A DNA stretch of 60,000 bases, taken from the NCBI GenBank assembly GCA_038087875.1, contig CM075990.1, positions 10,232,001-10,292,000 on the forward strand. The letters are read 5' to 3'. Within the stretch, counting starts at the first letter, position 1, and each line of letters opens with the position of its first letter. The notes beneath the pieces are model-generated. The model worked only from the letters and a program-made list of their open reading frames with translations. It was not told where the DNA came from and searched no databases. Of the stretch, positions 51,630 to 60,000 are shown piece after piece. This stretch comes from Malacoraja senta (taxonomy: Eukaryota). A program made the position numbers and the translations under genes.

Positions 51630-52235
51630 TGAAAATAAAAGCTCCTTTTTTATATCACCTTAAAGATACTTTCGAAAATATCCCAAAGAGGTTCACCGCC
51701 AATGTAGTATGTTTGATGCATGTCCACAGTGGGAATGTTGAAACGCAAGTGTCATTTTAACACAGTAAGCATTTTCAAATAGCATTGTGGTAATGAGCAT
51801 CTAACAAGATTCAGTTTTAGTGAAGATAGACACAAAATGGTAGAGTAACTCAGTGGTACCGGCAGCATCCCTGGAGAGAGGGAATGGGTGACGTTTCGAA
51901 TGTGAAGAAGGGTCTGGACCCAAAACGTCACCAAATCCTTCTCTCCAGAGATACTGTCTGTCCCACCGAGTTACTCTCGCATTTTGTGTCTATCTTTGGT
52001 GTAAACCAGCATCTGCAGTTCCTTCCTACACATATTAATTTCAGTGATGTTGATTAAAGGGCGCCAGGCATTGATCATCAACTCTACTTTAAAATATCAC
52101 CAACGCATCTTATCAGAGCCAAGATAAAGGAGCTCAGTTGAATACCTCATCTAAATTGGGTCATTTGGCAGTGCATTCACCCACTAGATTGTCGAACTCA
52201 TTTTTATACTCAGCTCTCCGGAGTGAGTGAAGGAC
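51630..52235 (-). mobile_element. DeuSINE-like SINE interrupted by a fold-back Penelope-tail element (about 51820-52030)
   Basis: Reverse-complement similarity to 15722-16125 and 55270-56002. Confidence 0.55.
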
Positions 52236-52511
52236 GCAGAGGCTTCAAGATACAGTAGTGGCACAATTAATACTCATGTTAACATTGAATTCAATGCAGC
52301 AGACAAAACCTGAAACCAAAATGCAGCTCATTCGGTCCAAGTGTGCAGAAGAGGGGACATTTTCAAAAGGACAGTTGTTACAAACTAATGGTGAAAGTAA
52401 ATACTTAGAAATATTTACAAATGATGCAAGAATTAACCATTCCCCATCAAAATCCTCTGATTATCAGTGCTAATCAAAACAAACTCGAAACCATGTCCAA
52501 TTTAAGGTAAA

Positions 52512-52605
52512 TAGACACAAAATGCTGCAGTAAATCAGCGGGACAGGCAGCATCTCCGGAGAGAAGGAATGGGTGATGTTTCGGGTCGAGACCCTTCTTC
52601 AGACT
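52512..52605 (-). mobile_element. Penelope-tail mini-insertion
   Basis: Ends tttcgggtcgagacccttcttcagact. Confidence 0.8.
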
Positions 52606-53371
52606 CCACAACTTCTAAGTTAAGGTAGACTGGCAACTAAGGAATGAATTAATGCCAAATTCTGTCAGAGGTCAGTCACTATCCAATCTCATTTTGGGAG
52701 CTGAGAAATGCATTTGTTTGAAATCCATTGCAACGGACACATTGCTGTGAGAATATGGAGTGACAACAACACAGACTCTGGGAAACTACAACAGGGCCTT
52801 TGCCATCTCGACACTAAACAAAGCAGGACTGGTGTTTCTCAGTGAGGTGTTATCTTGTCAATGTATAAATCACCATCCTACCACTCTGGCCAGCAGACAT
52901 CAGCAGGCTGGGTGTGCCAGTAAACATGGCCAAATTGAAATATGAATGCTCCCACTAAAACAAGCGAAATCATTTTTTTCTCTTCTTGGAACAAAGCACA
53001 TTTTGCTAGCTTGCTGGCAAGGCAACCCTGTCAAGCAAACTTTTGTAAAAAAAAAAAAAAATGCAGGTATGACTCTGCTTTACCTACCTCAAAGCAGTAA
53101 GCTGTGCAAAATTACAGGGTTGATACAATAAGTACAGACAATGTAAAATAACCAGTAACGAGAAACAGCTGCTGGATGAAAATTCCCCTGCCTGTTTGTA
53201 AGTAAAAATAATGAGCGACCTACATAGGGAATTTAACCAAATACAAACAATCAATCCTTAGGCCTTCAGAATCTTTCCTTGTATGCTCCTCATACCAACT
53301 TTAAAGGATCTTCTGAAGATCTTGCAAAATTCTCACATATATTCCATCGGCTTACACATGTCCAGTTTTAG

Positions 53372-53446
53372 GTCGGAAGAAGGGTCTCGACCCGAAATGT
53401 CACCCATTCCTTCTATCCAGAGATGCTGCCTGTCCCGCTGAGTTAC
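53372..53446 (+). mobile_element. Penelope-tail mini-insertion, 11-bp TSD
   Basis: TSD tccagttttag at 53361-53371 and 53447-53457. Confidence 0.8.
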
Positions 53447-53537
53447 TCCAGTTTTAGCAGTTGTTAAACATTTTGAATGCCCAGGCAGCTGATTAACCAA
53501 ACTCAAAGTCATCCAGAATCAACATGCAATTCACACA

Positions 53538-53684
53538 CTGACCTTTCGGGTCAAGACTCTTCTTCAGGCCGAGTCTGAGACTGTCAGACTGAGACTGAAG
53601 AAGGGCCTCGGCCCGAAACGTCACCCATTCCTTCTATCCAGAGATGCTGCCTGTCCCGCTGACTTACTCCAGCATTTTGTGTCA
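53538..53684. mobile_element. Penelope-tail element with two divergent hammerhead cores
   Basis: Minus core at about 53539-53567, plus core at 53595-53622. Confidence 0.75.
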
Positions 53685-54490
53685 AACTCCTCGCTGAACT
53701 TATTAAAATCCCCCGACCCAAAACACCCTCCAATGTTTAGAATTTAGTCTGTCATTGTTATGCAAAGATAAACACAAAGGGAAAGGTTCTCTCATAGATA
53801 CTTGTAGCAAAATGAACACATTCTTTGCACAGATGCCATTTTGCTATAAATAGTAAACTGAGGAAATCTCTCCCCATAGCGTGCAACTACTCACTCATTC
53901 TGTTCCACGATGTGTGGTTGGCTTTTTGTGCATAAATGGAATGGGGACAAAAAGGAGCAGGGATGCTGGTAAATTAGGAGCGATTTGCAAGAATAAAAGC
54001 TCGAGCAGGATTTGGGGATACTGTGCTGACAAGTGCGCATCATTAAAATGATTGGTTGTGTTAAAAATGGCCAGAAAAACATTTCCATAACTAATCCAAG
54101 CATCGGATTTTATGGCTGTGCACATTCATCATTTGTCATGAAATTCCAGATCACACAATACCTTCTGACAATTCCTTTAATGGGAATGTTGTTAACAAAG
54201 TATCAATAACCCTTAGCGCTCTCGAGCATTCGTTTTCTCTTGTCTCGGTGACTGTTGACCATGAGCCTGGAATTGCTGGCTTCATGTGAACCAATGTCAG
54301 TTACAGACATCCACATCTGCAAACGTCAACATATGGCCAATTATGGTTTCGGTCGGCATTTTGGAAAAGGAAGAATATAAAATGGAGCCTGGCGGTACTT
54401 GGACTCTTGCACACACGTCACAAGGCAGCAGCATTGTTTACACCACCATGTAATAACAGACACTGTGAACTGCATCACATTTTCAGCTGA

Positions 54491-55036
54491 TGAGAGACAC
54501 AAAAAGCTGGAGTAACTGAGCGGGTCAGGCAGCATCTCTGGAGAAAAGGAATAGGTGACGTTGCTGGTCGTGACCCTTCTTCACACTGATAGTCAGGGGA
54601 AAGGGAGACAAGAGATATAGACGGTGATATAGAGAGATATAGTTCAAATGAATGAAAGATAAGGAAAAAGTAACGAAGATCAAGGAAAGGTGGAGCCCAC
54701 AATGGCCCATTGTTGGCTGTGGGCGAGGTGATAACGAGTTAAACAGAAAGTGAAACTCAACAGGACAACAGTGAAACTAATACAATGAATAGGGTGGGGG
54801 AGGGGATGGAGAGAGAGGGGTGCAAAGGTTACGAAGTTAGGGAAATCAATATTCATAACATTGGGTTGTAAGCTGCCCAAACAAAGTATGAGGTGCTATT
54901 CCTTCAATTTGCGTTTGGCCTCACTCTGACAATTGAGGAAGTCCAGCACAGAAAGGTCAGTTTGGGAATGGGAGTTAAAGTGTTGTCTTTGGTTTAAACC
55001 AACATCAGCCAATAATGTTAAACCAACATCTTCCGA
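54491..55036 (-). mobile_element. Penelope 3' fragment with short inverted tail piece, 15-bp TSD
   Basis: TSD cacattttcagctga at 54476-54490 and 55037-55051; decayed GIY-YIG C-terminus (GSLQPNVMNIDF). Confidence 0.8.
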
Positions 55037-55269
55037 CACATTTTCAGCTGAGTTGATTCCAGCAAAGAAAGGCAATGATGAGAAGGGGATTGAGGCACGT
55101 TACTTGTGGGTGAATATATCAGATCCACTCAGGTATCAGCAATATGAACAGGCTGAGATTCTAAATAAATAGTCCCACTTTGATTATCATTGGCTATTTG
55201 TTAAAGTGTTGTCCTTATGTTATCAGCAATTCCCTTTCAAGAATGTATCACGCTCACAACTGGATTGAT

Positions 55270-56002
55270 GGAGCGATATTCAACAAACAACCTGCAAAAT
55301 ATATATCAATCTTTCAGAGGAGGATTAAACTTGGACCCTGTCTGCTCCCTCAAGTGGATGCAAAACATCTCACAGTAATATATTTTTTAAATAAGAAAGG
55401 AAATTTTGCCCAATATTTATCTTTCAAACAACACCCTAGAAGAGACCAAAGATCCTATAGCGGAGCAAGATAGACCACTCCTGCTAAATGCAATGGGCTG
55501 ACGTGTAGTACGCAACGGAGCGGAACGTGGGCCTTTTTTTCATCCATTTCCGTAACCCGACCCGTAGCGTAATCAACGTTGCGGGGGAACCGTTTGTGTT
55601 AATAAATTAAAATTCTGAAAATGGAGAACATTTTTCCCAAATAACTTTTATTTTTATGAGGATGTTTCCGTAACCGGCTTCTGTCTCCGCACTATTATCC
55701 TATGGGATCTTTGGTGTGGAGACGGAAGCCGGTTACGGAAATGGGGCCTATAATTACCCATGAATCTGCCCATGACCGTACTACGTCTTTTTCGTTGAGT
55801 GGACCATCTTGCTCGCTATAGGATCTTTGGAAGAGACTATCTGGTCATTATTACTTTACTCTGCATGGGAGCTTGCTGTACAAAACTACCTGCCGTGTTT
55901 CACAAATTTGTAATCCTGTTACCCTTCAAAAAGTATGCCAATGGTTGTAAAACACATGTCCTGGTAGGCATATGTGGGGTGCTATAGAAATGCAAGTCCT
56001 TT
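55270..56002 (+). mobile_element. DeuSINE-like SINE interrupted by a MITE
   Basis: ttaaacttggaccctgtctgctccctcaagtggatg...gccaatatttatc...tatctggtcattat...gctatagaaatgcaagtcct. Confidence 0.7.
55447..55829. mobile_element. 383-bp MITE with CA...TG ends, about 33-bp TIR and 8-bp TSD (P-element-like)
   Basis: TIR caaagatcctatagcg(g)agcaagat.g.ccactc; TSD gaagagac at 55439-55446 and 55830-55837. Confidence 0.85.
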
Positions 56003-56782
56003 ATTCCTGCGTTCACAACAGAAGGAAACCTTGCTGATTCCACTAAACATTAGACTTCCCAGACGCAATGAAAGTCAAAATTGTACAGTACTAAAGATAG
56101 ACACAAAATGCTGGAGTAACTCAACGGAACAGGCTGCATCTCTGGATAGTACTTTCAGATAAGGCCGAGATTTGTGGATCAAACTATTGAAAGAACTCTT
56201 GTAAATAATCTAACCTCATTTACATGTTAAAAAAAATCTGGCTAACAGTTTTCTATAGCAATCCGAAAACCTGGTTATCTAACTACTTGTGGTGGGACCC
56301 ACCAGCACAAAACAAAATGGGCCAGATGATTAAGCAGCTACTGAATTGGCTAACTGCATAGTTTCAGTGCAGACGGCTTCCTCCGCTGTTCGCTCCAGGC
56401 AGCCTCCCAGGAGAAGCCAGCTTCCAGCTGACCGATGCACCTGCACACAGCAGGACCTCCCTGAATGGAAGTGATCGGCACCATCCCCTGGCAATTGGGC
56501 ACCACCTGCTCGATGCATCAGCTGCTGCTCTGGGCTTTGGCACCCTGACCTCGCTCTAGGATATCTCCACTGGCGGAGTCTCTCATTGATTTTCTTGATC
56601 AGCTTCATACGGAATCCGTTTATCAGGTTTTCAAGGTGGACCCACTTGGCCAATCCGCTCCTCACCTGTCCCACCACAGCTGTCTTTGCCCCCCACCCTT
56701 CCACACACTGCAGTCTGCTTGATCTGACATCTCCACACTCATTTGTATGCAAGCTCTGTTTCCGAGACTCTTGCGTACTGCC

Positions 56783-56905
56783 TAGAAACATAGAAAATGG
56801 GTGTAGGAATAGGCCATTCGGCCCTCGAGCCAGCACCGCCATTCAATATGATCATCCAAAATCAGTACCCCGTTCCTGCTTTCTCCCCATATCTCTTGAT
56901 TCCAT
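56783..56905 (-). mobile_element. CR1 3' tail
   Basis: (tagaaaca)n tail; matches 39225-39320. Confidence 0.8.
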
Positions 56906-57544
56906 GCCTAGGTGAGGTCTGATGTATGATTTTACCTGCTTGAATGCAAAACAAAGCATTTCACTGTACCTAGGTACATGTGACAATACAGTCTCATTGA
57001 ATCCTACAATGTCCTTACAACATAACCTGATCTCTAACCTTTTCCCAGTCACCTTGCCATGTTGGTGATGTTGGGGCTCTGGGATAAAGTCCATAGTCTG
57101 GAACAAAGAATAGTAGTTTGGCTACGGAGGTGGGTTTGGGGTGATGAAGGTGCAGATAAGTGGTAAAAACAAAGAAGGTTGAGACCCTCCTACTCTTCTT
57201 TTTTTCTTTCTCCTTTCTCTTCCCTCCCCCACCCCCCTCCTCCCGCCTCACCTCTTGCAGCCTATCCTACACACAACAGCAATGTAGGCTCTGGTCAACC
57301 ATGTTCCTGCTTTCTCCCTTTTTACGGATGGAGAACTGGTGCTCATCCTCAGGCATCTTCCCTTGGACAGGCCCAGGAGAGGCGATGTAACTCAGGCACA
57401 TGGCCCAGGGTGGCCGTGAGTAGAGGAACTCCCAGTGAACAGCAAATGGCAGGGCCCATGGGAGTGTTGTTGACAAGAGAGTCTTAGGGATACAAGTGTG
57501 GGGTTCCTGGAAAGAGGTGAAACAGGGAGATAAGGGGAAGAAGC

Positions 57545-58085
57545 AGGCATGCGGTATGCTTGCCTTCCTTGGCCAACGCACTGAGCATAGGAGTTTGTAC
57601 AAGACATTGGTGAAATCACACTTGTGGAGTATTGTGCACATTTCTGGTAGTCAGGCTATCAGAAGGATCTAATGAATCCAGAGAGGATGAAAAAAAAAAG
57701 TCAGAATAATATGGCCGGAAGGCCTTGAATTAAAAACAGAGATTGAAACGAATGGGATTATTTTCTCTGAAGCTATGAAGACTGAAGGGTGACCTTACAG
57801 AAGTTTACACAATCATAAGGGGCATGGATAAGGTAGCCGAGCACAGTCATTGTTCCAGAGTAGAGGAGCTTAAACTAGAGGGCACAGATATAAGGCGAGA
57901 GAGGAAAGACAATGGAGATCCGAGGGGCCAGATTTTCCACAGTGTGGGTAGTGGGCATATGGAACAAGGGACAGAGGAAGTGGTAGATGTAGGTACAATG
58001 ACAACTTTTAAAAGACAAGGACATGGTCGACATGAACTAAGTGACCTGATGGGCCTATTTTATGGACCTGCTACATTATGACTCT
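57545..58085 (+). mobile_element. Decayed CR1 3' fragment
   Basis: ttgtacaagacattggtgaaatcacacttgtggagtattgtg (LYK.LV..HLEYC-like), running to a CR1 tail. Confidence 0.75.
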
Positions 58086-59689
58086 GCGACTCAGGCCTGG
58101 GAACGTCTGTGTATGGAGACGCAGGTATATTAACTTTTTTGTTCCAGGCTTAAAACCTTTGCTTCATTTAAGTTGGTTACAAGAAACAACGTCCTTAAAT
58201 ATATAACTTCACTCCAGAGCTTCGATGCACGGTGCCTCCTGCCAAACTGCCTAGATGCGAGGATTCACTATCACGCTGCTTGGACAGCACACCCCAGGTA
58301 TTTTCGGCGGGACACCAACCTCAGTGGAGAGCTCAGCATTACAATAATTTTTTTTTAAACCCCACAAGAGAGCTGGGGATGTGTTTTAAATCAAACATAG
58401 GACAACAATACATTATCATAGAATCTTTATTTAAGGACTGTGATCCCTACTTCAGGGGAATCCTGAAGGAGACAACCAAATCCCCCTGGGGGATAGTTCT
58501 CCAAACAAGTCTTAATACTTCTTAATATTTATAATCGCCTTCAGTTGTTAAAAAAGGATGATAATACGTTATGATAGATGTCACATTTCAGAAGATAAAG
58601 AGTTGGATTAACCTTGTGCTCACACCTGCAATTCTTTAAAGCTTTTTATCTGGTTCCCATCAGCATAAGAAGAATTCAGCTGCAGTGTATAAAGGTAGGT
58701 TTCTCCCTACATCCACACTTTAAAGCGAACCAGAGCTTTGGAGCAAGCATGCCATTTATCTCAACTCCTTTCATGATCACAGTTTTGTTTTGCAAACACC
58801 ATCTGAAGCTGGCCAACATGCCTTTCCCTCACTCCCTGCCCTTATGATCCTTGTATTTTTTTCCTCCCCAACACTGTAAACTTACAAACCAAAGCGAAAA
58901 CAAACTTGAGAAGCGTGCCTGAGAAAGAAATAAACATTGTGAGCAAAGTCTTCCACATGAAGTGAATGTGACACAAAAGCATTTGCAAGAAAATGCCTTT
59001 TAAATTCCCAGCTATATATCTACGGATACAGAGCGATTTGTAATACATTTAAACGGCAATGGCACTGAATAATCTTGGCTACTAACAGGCTGTAAACTAA
59101 ACATTAACAAGTGTGGGCTGCTAGCACAGTTTTGGATATGCGTCAGAGAAAATGATCCTTATCAAGTGGAATGAGCCAGGCCTTTAGTTATGAAGCTGCG
59201 ATGCCTTTAGCATATGTTGTGGTCTACAAATCCCCAGCTTCATTCCAGACTGCATCCCCAACATGCAAAGCACATCCTCAGTAAGGCAATCGACTGGCAC
59301 CTGCCACGAAAACTAATCGCAAAGGAAGGACAGAAGCCAACTATTTTCCTGTCATCAGAGATGTCAAGGTTAACAGTGGTTGGCTAAAAGGCATTCCATG
59401 CTCTCTTCCCCTCCCTTCCACCCAGTCTCCCACATGCACATGTCATAAGCCAGCCGGGCCATTTGCTATGTCAAATATGTAATGCAGAGAGGCTGGCCGG
59501 CTCCTGTTACAGGGAATGAGTGCCAGTTCCCATCGGCCCGGCTCCAGGTAAACTGACAAGGTGCATTTCCTATCCTCAAACATCATCGGTTACCACTACC
59601 CACAGCTGCTCATTTCTTCTTAAAGGGGATTGCTACTCACTACCGACACAGAAACAAAAGGAACAGTGTTGCAGCCTAATACTGTGCAT

Positions 59690-60000
59690 TGGCACAGCTG
59701 GTAGAGCCGTCGCCCTATAGTGCTAGAGACCCAGGATCAACTGAGACTCAAGGTGTTATTTGTGTTGAGTTTGAATGCTTTCTGTTGCCTTTCCCCACTT
59801 TTTGTTGCCTTTCCCCATAGTGGAAAATGTTGATTCTGTTGTGGTGGAACGTTCTTGTTGAATTCTATAATGTGTTATGTCATTTTTCTGATTTTTTATT
59901 TTTCTATGGATGTACGGAAACTTTATTTTTTCTTTTATTATTTCTTTTATGTAAAGCACTTTGGTTTCAACGCGAGTTGACTTAAACGTGCTATATAAAT
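59690..60000 (+). mobile_element. V-SINE head followed by an L2-type 3' tail running off the window
   Basis: tggcacagctggtagagc head; tail tgtaaagcactttg...gtgctatataaat. Confidence 0.55.

Overview
Eukaryotic, repeat-dense, apparently intronic or intergenic DNA. The repeat families (CR1 LINEs, HE1/V-SINE-like and DeuSINE-like SINEs, Rex1/Babar tails, Neptune-type Penelope elements) point to a cartilaginous fish, probably a skate or ray; this is an inference. I found no confidently recognisable host protein-coding exon. The only long intact ORF is a 5'-truncated Penelope-like element (RT + GIY-YIG, 47441-49210). Four signals stand out. (1) A minimal hammerhead-ribozyme motif in the Penelope 3' tail recurs in about 25 short tail-derived insertions, many of them fold-backs with 10-18 bp target-site duplications (TSDs). 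(2) Tiny TIR-only palindromes sit between 8-bp duplications; one is exactly 17+17 bp, matching the P-element excision-footprint signature, and an intact related MITE is present. (3) Two copies of a CAGGG-ended DNA transposon carry 5-bp TSDs (hAT5-like). (4) A deeply nested transposon pile-up spans about 40.1-44.6 kb. All family calls are from motif recognition by eye, not database searches.
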